NCBI GenBank assembly: GCA_963664325.2
Contig: CAXXDQ010000007.1
Span: forward strand, 864,001-928,000
Reading direction: 5' to 3'
Origin: Desulfomonilia bacterium
GTDB lineage: Bacteria > Desulfobacterota > Desulfomonilia > UBA1062
Length of the DNA: 64,000 bases
Shown here: positions 10,156 through 20,478 of the stretch, one piece after another
How the letters are laid out: each line of letters opens with the position of its first letter
How positions within the stretch are numbered: position 1 is the first letter of the stretch
Translations under genes and position numbers: made by a program
The notes under the pieces: model-generated
Databases searched by the model: none
Told to the model about the DNA's origin: nothing
Seen by the model: only the letters and a program-made list of their open reading frames with translations

Positions 10156-10578
10156 CAAAAGGTGTCAGGCCTTTATTCTTGACATTAAGTTTCATTATCT
10201 CTTTCGAACAGCGCCCGCCAATATCCATTCTGTTCAGAGAGTCTTCAACAAATACACCCTGACATAATCAAGCAGTCGGCTCCAGTTTGGCAACTGCCCA
10301 TTTCATGACCTTGCGCACATCCTCGTACTCATCATCACGCATCTTTTTCATGACAGGCAGCAGAGGCCTGGCCCTTTCGCCGATGTAATCCACGGCGTTG
10401 GCGGCATAGAGCCTGACCATCTGGTTCCCGCTCCCCAGCGCCTTTGACAGAACAGGCAGCGCCCTGCCCGTATCACCGGCAGCGCAGAGGGTCTGCGCAG
10501 CGGTTATGCGTACCGTAACAGAAGGGTCGTCAAGCAGTCCGGCGAGATCACATTTTGCTCCCGTAATGAGACAACCGA
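10156..10578 (+). repeat. Direct repeat copy 2 (sulfatase 3' end plus downstream region)
   Basis: Matches 6107-6529. Confidence 0.95.
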
Positions 10579-12082
10579 CCGCGCCCCAGTAGCGGACAGC
10601 GCTGTCGGAATGGCGCAGAAAGCCGTTCAGTTCGGAAGAGTTAGCACCCATTGATGCCCGGTCGGCGGCATACATTATTTCATTCAGGTTATATTTTTCA
10701 GGATTATGCACCATATCGTAGATGGTCCCGTTCCCTGCGCGCTCCACCATCTCGACCTCGTGCAGGAAACCGGCGTCTCGGATTTCCATCGACCAGCGCC
10801 CGCACTCCTTGCGCAGACGCAGGAGTTCGTCCCTGTACAGCGGATCACCGGCCAGATTGTTTATTTCATAAGGGTCGTTTTTAAGATCATAGAGTTCCTC
10901 TGGAGGCTTCCGGCCGAAAAAGGCGGCTGGGGGTCCGCTCAGTTTGCCTTCATCATGCAAGAGCTGCCAGGAGCGCATCGAGGGAATGGCCCAGAGATAT
11001 TCAATATGCTGGGCATAGGGCAGGTGCGGCATATAATTGCGGATATACTTATAGCGCCTTTCCGTAACCGAGCGCATCATATCGAAGCGTTCATCCATGC
11101 GTCCGCGGAAACAGTAAACATATTCCCGCCCGGCCTTCAGGAAATCCCGCCCCTGCATGTGGCCGGGAACAGCACAACCGGCCAGGCCCAGAATTGCGGG
11201 CGCGAAGTCCACACAGCTGACCAGGCTGTCATCGCGTTTGTTTTTCGGGGCCAGATGGCGATACTTCCCGGGAAAACGGATGACCAGGGGCACACGAACA
11301 CCCCATTCCCTTAAAAATCGTTTGGTTCCAGGCAGAATACCGCCGTGATCGCTGAAGTAGAAGACGATGGTATTGTCGATCTCGTCACCGAGCATTTCGA
11401 GCACCCTGCCTACCTGGCTGTCCATCTTTGTGATCTGGTCGTAATATTGAGCATAGTCATGTCTGAACTCAGGCGTATCAGGGTGGAATGGCGGCAATTT
11501 AACCGTCCGGGGGTCGTGCACGAGATTATCGCGCCATTCCTGCAGATAACCCTCATGGGTGGCCGGAATATTGATCACATGGAAGAAGGGCTGGCCGGAT
11601 TTGCGTGTACGCCAGGCGGCGAACCAGCTCAAGACATTGCGGTCCCAGGCCCCGGGCGGAGTAGGCCCGCAGTTGTAATCCTCCTTGAAGCGGTTCGTGC
11701 AGTAGTAGCCTGCGTCTCTCAGGTATTCGGTAAAGAAGCGAACATTTTTCGGAATGGGGTACTGGCTGCGCATGTGCTCATTGCCCAGGCTCGGAGAGTA
11801 CACCCCGGTAAGAAGCGTGTTCCTGGCCGGGGCACAGACCGGACTGGAGCAATACGCCCGCGTATATACAACACCCTCGGCAGCGAGACGATCGATATTG
11901 GGAGTAACGGCATACATATCCCCGTAACAGCCCAGAAACGGACTGTTGTCTTCGCCCATCAGCCAGAGAATATTGGGCCGGTCCTGCGAGGATTTCCCCA
12001 TGTTCATTATGGCGGGCACGGCCTGCGTCGCCACGGCCGCCACGCCAAGCCCTTTGATGAATTCCCGCCTGGTGTATTTCAT
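10268..12082 (-). CDS. Tat-exported formylglycine-type sulfatase with C-terminal HEAT repeats
   Basis: TRREFIK Tat motif, PNILW..ED, CAPAR (CxPxR), FSDHG. Confidence 0.92.
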   Translation of the reverse strand: MKYTRREFIKGLGVAAVATQAVPAIMNMGKSSQDRPNILWLMGEDNSPFLGCYGDMYAVTPNIDRLAAEGVVYTRAYCSSPVCAPARNTLLTGVYSPSLGNEHMRSQYPIPKNVRFFTEYLRDAGYYCTNRFKEDYNCGPTPPGAWDRNVLSWFAAWRTRKSGQPFFHVINIPATHEGYLQEWRDNLVHDPRTVKLPPFHPDTPEFRHDYAQYYDQITKMDSQVGRVLEMLGDEIDNTIVFYFSDHGGILPGTKRFLREWGVRVPLVIRFPGKYRHLAPKNKRDDSLVSCVDFAPAILGLAGCAVPGHMQGRDFLKAGREYVYCFRGRMDERFDMMRSVTERRYKYIRNYMPHLPYAQHIEYLWAIPSMRSWQLLHDEGKLSGPPAAFFGRKPPEELYDLKNDPYEINNLAGDPLYRDELLRLRKECGRWSMEIRDAGFLHEVEMVERAGNGTIYDMVHNPEKYNLNEIMYAADRASMGANSSELNGFLRHSDSAVRYWGAVGCLITGAKCDLAGLLDDPSVTVRITAAQTLCAAGDTGRALPVLSKALGSGNQMVRLYAANAVDYIGERARPLLPVMKKMRDDEYEDVRKVMKWAVAKLEPTA

Positions 12083-12453
12083 GCTTCCTCCGGCATCTGC
12101 GCAAACATCAGGATAACGAACAGCAGGTCAAACACAAGGATAATCCAGAGCTGATAAACGCACAAAACATAGAAGGCCATGCCGACCACCATAACAAGGC
12201 TGGTCAGAACGGATGAAAGCAGAGCGCCGAATACGGACGCCAGGATCGAATGCCGTCGGCCCAGCAGCCGATGTATCAACAGGGAAAAAATTGAAGCCAA
12301 AAGCACAATCCCGAGCAATACACCTGCAATAACCGGGAAATCGGGCCAGCCGTAATCCGCGGCCAGCTTGTCCCGCTGGAAAAGAAAGAAGCCCGAATAG
12401 GTCAGCATCCCGAGAAAAAAAACCGTCCATATGCAGAGCGGAAGCCTTTTCAT
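12079..12453 (-). CDS. Small multi-TM membrane protein
   Basis: Four hydrophobic segments; ATGA overlap with the sulfatase start. Confidence 0.7.
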   Translation of the reverse strand: MKRLPLCIWTVFFLGMLTYSGFFLFQRDKLAADYGWPDFPVIAGVLLGIVLLASIFSLLIHRLLGRRHSILASVFGALLSSVLTSLVMVVGMAFYVLCVYQLWIILVFDLLFVILMFAQMPEEA

Positions 12454-12526
12454 CAGAATCCTCCAATAGTACATATCAACTTGTAAACGATAAAAGAAAT
12501 ATGGGCAGATTTCAATGGCATTCTGT

Positions 12527-13357
12527 TTATTTTGAATCGCTCAAGGCATACACCCTGACATAATCGACAGTAAAGGAATCCGGGAGAGCTGCCTTTGTGA
12601 TGTCGCCGCCCCAGGTGCCGATTTCGTCGCTGATGATAAGTTCGCCGGGCTTTTCGCAGACGCCGCCGTAGCTGTGGCTCCAGGTCTTTACCCCGTCGAT
12701 GTAATAGACATATTTTTCAGGCGTCCATAAGAGGCCGAAGGTGTGCCAGCCTTCCATTGCGCCGTTCAGAAAGACCTTCCTTGCCGATGACTTATGCTCT
12801 TTTCCGTAGCCGTCCCAGTGGATAGTCTGCTGAATGATATTATCGAGTGTGGGCTTTTCGAATATGTCTATTTCTGCGCCGTCAACGCCGCCGTTTTCTA
12901 TGCTGCCCACATCGCCCGCCATCATCCAGAAGGCGGGCCAGTGGCCCTGCTCTTTGTGCAGCTTCACCCTTACCGTGTAATATCCCCAGGGCTCTACCAT
13001 CAGGCTTGTGAGCCCTTTGGAGGTTATGCAGCCGTCGATGAACCGGCCGTCCTCTTCATACGTAGTCATGACAAGATTGCCCACACCGTCAAGGCTTACG
13101 GCCTCTTTCTCCCACCAGCCGTCTCGCCTGGGGCTGTTGTCTTCATATCTCCACTTGTTTTCATCGAGGACAGTTCCATCGAAATTGTCCTCGAATACGA
13201 GGCTCAGTTCACAGCCTGCGGGAGGTTCGGGGACAAAGTTTTCCCGGTTATCAGGCTTCACGGCATCCGGCGAAATCCAGAAGTAGGTGATTGCAGGGAC
13301 GCAGGCGGCCAGCGTCAGCAGCATTGCGGTGAAAAGGGCTCTTTTAAGGTTTCTCAT
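12527..13357 (-). CDS. Glycoside hydrolase family 16
   Basis: WPAFWM and catalytic EIDIFE; C-terminal VDYVRVY. Confidence 0.9.
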   Translation of the reverse strand: MRNLKRALFTAMLLTLAACVPAITYFWISPDAVKPDNRENFVPEPPAGCELSLVFEDNFDGTVLDENKWRYEDNSPRRDGWWEKEAVSLDGVGNLVMTTYEEDGRFIDGCITSKGLTSLMVEPWGYYTVRVKLHKEQGHWPAFWMMAGDVGSIENGGVDGAEIDIFEKPTLDNIIQQTIHWDGYGKEHKSSARKVFLNGAMEGWHTFGLLWTPEKYVYYIDGVKTWSHSYGGVCEKPGELIISDEIGTWGGDITKAALPDSFTVDYVRVYALSDSK

Positions 13358-13476
13358 AATCTCCTCAATATAAGAAAGTTATAAAATCTATTTTAATATA
13401 TGCCCGCTCAAAAAGCTACCATTGCCAAAACATGGGAAAGAGATTGCCCGGCCTGATGAAGGACTTTCTGCTGTCC

Positions 13477-15072
13477 TCACCCTGCAGCGGCAGTGATAAA
13501 GCAATTGCCCCCGCCGCCTGATGCAGAGCTTTCCGGTGCAGTAATAAATGATGTCGATGCTGAAACTGGAGATTCGGCTCCCCTGTCATCCCGGTATATG
13601 ACCTGCCAGTAATATTGCATTCCCCTCTGAAGGGTACCGGAAGGGACATTGAAAGCGGTCTTGCCGGCAGTATCAAAAGGACCGGAATAGACGATGGCCC
13701 CTGTTGAGTCCTTAATTATCCAGCGGCTTGCTTCATGGGCGTCGCCATCTTCATCTTCGAATTCCGAGGCGGAAAGCGTCACGGGCTGCCCCATGATTGC
13801 CGTCCATCCGTTTGGAGGCAGCAAGTTTACCGGTTGATCCGGCCTTGTGTTGGCATGGCCGCTCAGTGTTATGCTGCGGGTGACGCCGGAAGAAAACACG
13901 CTCAGCTCCGCCGTATCCGGGGTCAGTTCTCCAATCCCGGCATATGTCACCTGTATATCCTCGGATGCCGCAGATTCTATTGGGGTACCGCTTGACTCGG
14001 AAACGACAAACTTCGCGTTCGTCACATCAAAAGAAATGTCGGACAAAGGCACCGATCCGTTGTTGGTGATCGTGAAGGAAAAAGTCTGGAACTGCTGGTC
14101 AGGAAGCAGCAGCATACCGAAATCGATTGAGGAAGGGCTTAAAACAAAGGATGCGCCGGGAACGATGGCATAATCTATAGTAAAGACTTCTGTTTCGACC
14201 ATACACTCGTTCACGCCCATCGCCACCCTGAAATATCCGTTATCACCCCAGTCCGGTCCCCAGCTGTTCTTTACTATCCAGCACTGCTCTTCATCATCGT
14301 AACCCACGATAACGACATCATGCCCCCCTTCTATCGTACCGGATACGTGACGATAGACTCCCGATTTGTAGTAAAGAAAGTCCGAATAGATCACAAATGC
14401 CGTCACTACCGGTCCATTATGGGCAACAGCGCTTTTTATCGACTCTACTGAAGATGAAACATTCTCAAATGATGTTACACGGTAGGTGTTCTGCCGCCAG
14501 TCCGCACATCCTGCAGGGTCTTCGGTTATTCCGTTTTCGCCGGATACGTACGGATAGCATGATTCAAGCGGGGCTCCGGTAGTTTTAAGGAAATCAATCG
14601 AACTGTCAAGAAACCCGCCGCCGCACCCCATTTCATTCGTGTCGCAAGATATCATCGACTGCTCCGAAAGGTTAAGCTCCGTGTCGGGAGTATGGCTGGT
14701 AATGAGTATGCTGGATTCCAGGGCCGCAGTAGAGGCAAAGGCATAGCATGCTCCGCATTTCCCCTGGTTTTTTATGCTCGTGACATAATTGTGGCCATTT
14801 ACATTTCGCCAGTCAACCTTGGCAGGGAGAACTTCTTCGGTATAAAATTTGCCGGATTTGGGTTTAAGGACGGGCAAGCTAATCGGCTTCATCGGAAAAA
14901 GGCGCTTTCTTTCTGCAGGCGTTAGTTTCGAAATGGGCGTTTCCCCTGCAACCCAGTCTGCTCCCTTTTCGCGGATGGCCCTGTTTACATCATCTGCATT
15001 TATCGCCAGGAGAGGCGAGGAAATGAGCAGGAGCATCAGGCATGCAACAAACCTGACAATTGTACTCTTCAT
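13477..15072 (-). CDS. Secreted papain-like C1 cysteine peptidase with Ig-like domains and C-terminal CFI motif
   Basis: QGKCGACYAF, GGHDV, WIVKNSWG; ends GGGGNCFITAAAG*. Confidence 0.92.
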   Translation of the reverse strand: MKSTIVRFVACLMLLLISSPLLAINADDVNRAIREKGADWVAGETPISKLTPAERKRLFPMKPISLPVLKPKSGKFYTEEVLPAKVDWRNVNGHNYVTSIKNQGKCGACYAFASTAALESSILITSHTPDTELNLSEQSMISCDTNEMGCGGGFLDSSIDFLKTTGAPLESCYPYVSGENGITEDPAGCADWRQNTYRVTSFENVSSSVESIKSAVAHNGPVVTAFVIYSDFLYYKSGVYRHVSGTIEGGHDVVIVGYDDEEQCWIVKNSWGPDWGDNGYFRVAMGVNECMVETEVFTIDYAIVPGASFVLSPSSIDFGMLLLPDQQFQTFSFTITNNGSVPLSDISFDVTNAKFVVSESSGTPIESAASEDIQVTYAGIGELTPDTAELSVFSSGVTRSITLSGHANTRPDQPVNLLPPNGWTAIMGQPVTLSASEFEDEDGDAHEASRWIIKDSTGAIVYSGPFDTAGKTAFNVPSGTLQRGMQYYWQVIYRDDRGAESPVSASTSFITAPESSASGGGGNCFITAAAG

Positions 15073-15307
15073 GCCGCTCTCCTGTTTTTGGGGAATAACT
15101 TTATTTATTCAGCAGTGTATATATTCTATCGACATCTAACCTGGAAACTTAAGCGGGTCATTCCTCGACAGATGCACGGTTTATTCCTTATATGTTTCCA
15201 GCAGAGAGGACATCCGCAGATGCCGCCCTTCCCTGCCGGAAATACAGGCTTACTTACTGACCGGCTTTCTCTATATAAATTCCCGAGCCGATCCAGTTCA
15301 AGACTGT

Positions 15308-17440
15308 CTATGAAACCTCCACCATTATAAAATCCCCCGGCTTGCCGGAAAACTGGAGGTAATAATTTCCCGATACGGCCGGGAGTACGGCCGAGCCGGT
15401 GCTTTTGCCCGAAGCTGCAAGTTTAAGATCAGGGCCCCGGATTATCCAGGGCGAACTGCTGATTATGCTTACAGACCCTCCGGCGGCACCGTCGAACTTT
15501 CGCCATTCATCATACCCGCCAGCCCCGATTATGATCGTCGCCTCTGGTGTTGCTATTGCTGTCACCGATTCCAGGGGCCGGTAAATGTTGCTGCCGAACC
15601 TCGCCCAGTTTCCGGTCTCGCCCTGAGGGGTAAAGATAAAAAGATCGTTCACGTCCCTTCCCGCCTGCGGAAGGAGGAACAGCTTCACGGAAGCCAGTTT
15701 ATCCACATCGGAACCCTCGGCCAGAGTCGGGTCGAGCATGCTGTATGTGCCGCTGCCGGTTGAAACGCACAGCAGGCCTTCAAGGCCCGTTATCTCTTCA
15801 ATGCCCAGTTTCACAAGGCCTTCCAGCGATACGGAATCAAGGCTCTCGTTGACAACCAGCCATTTCAACGGAATCCGGCTGCTCCAGGCCGTGCTCAGTG
15901 TCCCCTTCGGGCTTATCTTCTCAGCAAGCATCATGTCATCCTGGTAATGCCCGTTGCCGCCTTTCCGCCTCACGATCAGGTATGTCCTGAGATTTGCGCT
16001 GACAGTGCAGAGCTCTGTCAGGGGATCGCTGTCCGACGAAAAAAGACCGTCTGTCCGGAGTTTCAGGTTCAGCATTGCAGGCGACCAATTGTTGTCGCCC
16101 GAGTATATGTCGGCTTTAATTGAGCTGTCCGGATTCTTTTGTATATGCCATACCCGGGATGGATTGGCGAAGTAGCCGGTTATGTCGTCAAGCTGGCTTT
16201 GTGTCGGTGTTTTAATATCTTTGGGAGTCATGGGCAAGGCTTGTGGAAATGCAGCTATGCGACCTTTTTCTACAAGTGCCCTGAGCAGAATCCTCTCGGC
16301 AACCGCCTTTGCCATCGATGAACCCACTCCTCTAGTACCGGCAACGAAGACCGTCATGCCTTCATCAGGCAGGACGATCATATCGGCCCCGTATTCAGAG
16401 ATGTCTCCGCCCTTCTCCCAGGCCCTTATGCCGAGGACCTTGAAAGCGGGCTGCGTAACCGTATCCCAGCCCAGGCCGAAGCGTACTCCTTCGTTTATGA
16501 CCGGGCTGAACTTGCCGGGCGTCTGGTCCGTGCCCATGGCCGCAACCGAGCTTTCAGAAAGAATCCTGGTATCGCCCGACTTTCCTTTCCCTACAAACAT
16601 CATCAGGAATCTGAGCATATCCGTATGCGTCGTATTCATGCCGGCGGAGGCGTAGGGGTTTGCAAAAACCTGCGGGTCCGCCACGCCTGAGGTATAGGAC
16701 CTGGCATAGGAATCATCCGGGAAATAGGACAACGCATAACGGCTGTGGCCCATTTCCAGGGGGTCAAGTATTTCATCCTGCACGAACTGGGCGTATTTTT
16801 CCCCGCTTATATTCTCGATGAGCTTTTCGAGCAGGGAAAACCCGTCATTGCAGTAGGTCTGAAGGTATCCTGGCGCGTGCTTGAGCCTCTCGTTCTTAAG
16901 GCTGTCAATGAGCTGATCCAGGTAATCGACCATCGGTGAAACCGTTTGGCTGTTTCTGTACTCGGAGCCCGGGAAGCCTGAAGAGTGGTTCAGAAGCATC
17001 CTTACAGTGACCTGTTCATACTCGGGGGAAAGCATGCTGAACTCCGGGATATATGTTTTGACAGGCTCATCGAGATTGACCTTGCCCTGATCCACAAGGA
17101 TCATGGTCGCGACGGCTGCGAACATTTTGCTGACCGAACCTATGCCGAACATGGTGTCCGGAGCGGGCGCCGTTTTCCGGCCGGCTCCGGTAAATCCGAA
17201 GTCTTCGGTCCAGACAATGCGGCCGTCTGCGAAAAAGCCGACAGATATCGAACTGGCCCCGGTCTGCTGGAGCGTCTCGTTTGCGGCAAGGCGACCTTCT
17301 TCAACAGTTGCGCCGTATGCGGGCTGGCTTTCCGAATTCGAGCTGCTCTCGCTGCCGCATCCTGCAGTCAGCATCAGTGAAAACAGAATGAGAGCAGAGA
17401 GAACATGACGAAGGCTTCTGGTGAGGTTGAATTCAATCAT
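15308..17440 (-). CDS. Serine hydrolase (class C beta-lactamase-like) lipoprotein
   Basis: Lipobox TAGC, GSVSK (SxxK), LLNHSSG, YCN. Confidence 0.88.
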   Translation of the reverse strand: MIEFNLTRSLRHVLSALILFSLMLTAGCGSESSSNSESQPAYGATVEEGRLAANETLQQTGASSISVGFFADGRIVWTEDFGFTGAGRKTAPAPDTMFGIGSVSKMFAAVATMILVDQGKVNLDEPVKTYIPEFSMLSPEYEQVTVRMLLNHSSGFPGSEYRNSQTVSPMVDYLDQLIDSLKNERLKHAPGYLQTYCNDGFSLLEKLIENISGEKYAQFVQDEILDPLEMGHSRYALSYFPDDSYARSYTSGVADPQVFANPYASAGMNTTHTDMLRFLMMFVGKGKSGDTRILSESSVAAMGTDQTPGKFSPVINEGVRFGLGWDTVTQPAFKVLGIRAWEKGGDISEYGADMIVLPDEGMTVFVAGTRGVGSSMAKAVAERILLRALVEKGRIAAFPQALPMTPKDIKTPTQSQLDDITGYFANPSRVWHIQKNPDSSIKADIYSGDNNWSPAMLNLKLRTDGLFSSDSDPLTELCTVSANLRTYLIVRRKGGNGHYQDDMMLAEKISPKGTLSTAWSSRIPLKWLVVNESLDSVSLEGLVKLGIEEITGLEGLLCVSTGSGTYSMLDPTLAEGSDVDKLASVKLFLLPQAGRDVNDLFIFTPQGETGNWARFGSNIYRPLESVTAIATPEATIIIGAGGYDEWRKFDGAAGGSVSIISSSPWIIRGPDLKLAASGKSTGSAVLPAVSGNYYLQFSGKPGDFIMVEVS

Positions 17441-17895
17441 AAAAACCCCTTTCATTTTAAAATTATCCGGAACACGTTCCGCCTTATAAAGGCAACTTTT
17501 CATCGCATCACATGAAATGTATTTATCGGCATAACAGGGAAAATAATTAAGGCCGGGAAACCGTTCACCAGTGTCTGTTTGATCATCGCTTTGAAAGCAG
17601 GAAGGGGCCGGGTATCAGCAATTGACAATCACCTGCCGGCTGCCCTGCCCGGCCTGTTCCCATGGTTCCGGGTTGACCGGCGTACCGGCATAACCATTCC
17701 CGGCAGCAACACATGAGACCAGGTTCCGTTGTTCCGGCTCAATATTTATGTTTGCATTTTATGAGATGCTTTCATAAAATGGGATATATTTTTTTCCTGT
17801 TCCTGTTCCGCTCCGGGATGATTTTATATGAACGGGATTTGTTTCTGCACCTGTTTCCGTACGCATTTCGATGCGTATGAATGAAAGGGGGAATC

Positions 17896-20274
17896 ATGAA
17901 GAACGCTTGTATATTCTCCGCCATGCTGGCAATAGGTATGATCATAGCGTGTCCTCTCGCGCTCCCCGCGGCCGAAGCCATGTCTTCCGCAGAGGCCTCT
18001 TTGCGCAAGGACCTGGCGGCCCTGGGAATCACCGACGCCCTTGTGGACATGAGCGTGCGTATTCCCATACCCGACCGGTACCGTCTGAACAACATCGGAC
18101 AGCAGGAGCTTATGCCCGGGGTTGACCTCTGGGGCACGCTCGTCCGGCCCGCAGACGGGGGGAAGCGGCCCACCATACTCATCTCCACCGCCTACCGCAG
18201 GGAAATCTGCCTCTCAATGGGGGAATCGCTGGTCAGGCACGGCTACAACGTACTGGCCATCGACAACCGCGGGACCGGTTCGGCCGGCGGGAGCTGGACC
18301 GCATTCGACATAATAGAGCACTATGACACCGCCTATGTCATCGACAGCTGGATACCCGCACAGGCATGGTCCGACGGCAAGGTCGGCATGATCGGCGGCT
18401 CATATATGGCCATCATTCAGTTCATGGCTGCCGGCCTCATAGACACAGACCCTGTAACAGGAGAGCCCACGCATTTGAAAGCCCTTTTCCCGCAACTGCC
18501 CATGAGCGACCCCTACCGCGTGATAGCGATTCAGGGCGGCATGTACGAGCGCGAGTTCATGATAATCTGGCTGACCATAACCAATGTATGCTCCATCCTG
18601 GAGCCGCTTATCGCCACGGACGACCCAGGCTCCCGGGCCGAGGCGTGGGACATATGGGCCCTGCACATGCAGAACATGGGGACGACAATAGACTGGGTCA
18701 TGGACCCATCGCACAAGAACTACTGCGACTGGTTCAAGCTCAAGAACCCGTCGCTATATTTTCCGGTCAAGCCCAGGAAGGGATGGCGCTATGACAACGG
18801 CACGCCGATCGAGGAAGGCAAGCGCATCCTCCCGGCCAAGCTGCCGGTCTTCATGATCGGCGGATGGTTTGATATCTTCACCCTGGGCGAAAGCGAGTGC
18901 TACCAGTACGGGCTGGCCGGTCATGCCGCAGGCGACAAGGCCATGGTTATCGGGCCCTGGTACCACGGCACCGGCGCCATGGGGCTCGGCCTGCAGGGGC
19001 TCGCCGATATCGAGCTGGCCGCACGATGGTTCGACTGGAAGATCAAGGGCAACCAGGACCCGTTCATGGAGGAATACCCGGTGCTGCTGTACGTAATGGG
19101 CGCCGACCGCTGGCGGGCGGAAAAGGACTGGCCCCTGGACAAAGTCATGAACCGTACCGAGAAGAAGAAACTGTACCTCTCGCAGCAGCGGCCGTCTCCG
19201 GTTGATGGCGACTGGTTCTCGACATTAAATGCCGGCAGCAACTACTCCCTCGTCGAAAACCTCAACCTTGCTGACCACCAGGGCACGCCTCCCGTGCTGA
19301 GGCATGACCCTCCGGTATTCCACGGAAAGAACTCCCGCTCCAATGCGCGCTGGTCGGCCGGCGGCATGGACATAAGCTACGACGTGTCCCTGTATCAGGA
19401 AGGCATGGACATGGACAGCGATTCCCCTTACGAGGACGAACGCAAGGACGAGGTGGGCGTTCTCACCTTCTCCACCGGGCCGCTCGAGCAGGACCTCGAA
19501 ATCGCAGGCCCGCTAACGCTGACCTTTCTGGCCAGGACAAAATTCACGCGTCCGCTCACACAGGCAATCGTTGATCAGAGCATCGCCGCTATCAAGGAAT
19601 TCCTTAACCTGGACGACGCACTGCTCCTCGACATACGCAACATGCGCGACGTCCAGTGGATCGTGGAGCTCAACGACGTGTTCCCGGAGGGCCGCGCCAG
19701 GAACATAACCTCGGGCTGGCTTTCGGCACAGCACAGGCCCTATGACCCTGAACATCCCACCAGGACCGATCCCGGCTATACCCCGTTCGATCCGTTCTAC
19801 TACGCCGATACCTTTGATGCCGTTCTCCATCCCGATTTCAACCCGATCGAGGAAGGCGAGACCTACCGTTATGTCGTGGAGCTCTGGCCCACCTGCAATG
19901 TTTTCAAAAAGGGGCACCGGATCCGTGTGAGCATCTCTAATTCGGACTTCCCGCATTTGGCGCCAATACTAATACCCTCTGAGAATACCGTCATGCTCTA
20001 CAATCCGGAAAATCCGGCAGACCAGAATGACTGGGCACGTCTCGAGTTCACAACCACCACAGCCCCAGGCGAAGGCGATACCTGGAAGTGGATAACAGGC
20101 GCAAAGGCCAGGAGCAGCATTTTAGAAGAGTTCGCCGCCGCAAACGCCTATCTGCTCCAGGGCCAGCAGCCGGTAGACGGTCCGGTCACACCCGAGGACA
20201 GTCCCGCACCGGATACAGCGCAGGACGATTCATCATCCTCAAGCTCCTGCTTTATTGTCAGCGCACTGCTGTAG
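17896..20274 (+). CDS. Secreted CocE/NonD family hydrolase with C-terminal CFI motif
   Basis: DNRGTG, WSDGKVGMIGGSY, GWFD, GPWYH, FKKGHRIRV; ends SSSSSSCFIVSALL*. Confidence 0.92.
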   Translation: MKNACIFSAMLAIGMIIACPLALPAAEAMSSAEASLRKDLAALGITDALVDMSVRIPIPDRYRLNNIGQQELMPGVDLWGTLVRPADGGKRPTILISTAYRREICLSMGESLVRHGYNVLAIDNRGTGSAGGSWTAFDIIEHYDTAYVIDSWIPAQAWSDGKVGMIGGSYMAIIQFMAAGLIDTDPVTGEPTHLKALFPQLPMSDPYRVIAIQGGMYEREFMIIWLTITNVCSILEPLIATDDPGSRAEAWDIWALHMQNMGTTIDWVMDPSHKNYCDWFKLKNPSLYFPVKPRKGWRYDNGTPIEEGKRILPAKLPVFMIGGWFDIFTLGESECYQYGLAGHAAGDKAMVIGPWYHGTGAMGLGLQGLADIELAARWFDWKIKGNQDPFMEEYPVLLYVMGADRWRAEKDWPLDKVMNRTEKKKLYLSQQRPSPVDGDWFSTLNAGSNYSLVENLNLADHQGTPPVLRHDPPVFHGKNSRSNARWSAGGMDISYDVSLYQEGMDMDSDSPYEDERKDEVGVLTFSTGPLEQDLEIAGPLTLTFLARTKFTRPLTQAIVDQSIAAIKEFLNLDDALLLDIRNMRDVQWIVELNDVFPEGRARNITSGWLSAQHRPYDPEHPTRTDPGYTPFDPFYYADTFDAVLHPDFNPIEEGETYRYVVELWPTCNVFKKGHRIRVSISNSDFPHLAPILIPSENTVMLYNPENPADQNDWARLEFTTTTAPGEGDTWKWITGAKARSSILEEFAAANAYLLQGQQPVDGPVTPEDSPAPDTAQDDSSSSSSCFIVSALL

Positions 20275-20478
20275 GGGAAAACCACGGGGAACTTTTTAAA
20301 ACGTTCCCCGGATTTTTTATAACTGTTTCGAATAATGCATCGGAGTCTTAAGATCAGAGAGATTAAAATTTTTATAGAAGGGGATTGCAAGTTTCAGGAA
20401 TGCAGGAGGCTTATATTTCAGGTTTCATAAAGGGCCCTGCTTTGATTGCACAGGTAAACGATTTTATGGGAGGGTAAA

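Noticed and set aside
15308-17440. Antibiotic-resistance beta-lactamase (also the two MBL-fold genes)
   Set aside because: Length and motifs fit generic serine hydrolase and MBL-fold hydrolase families.
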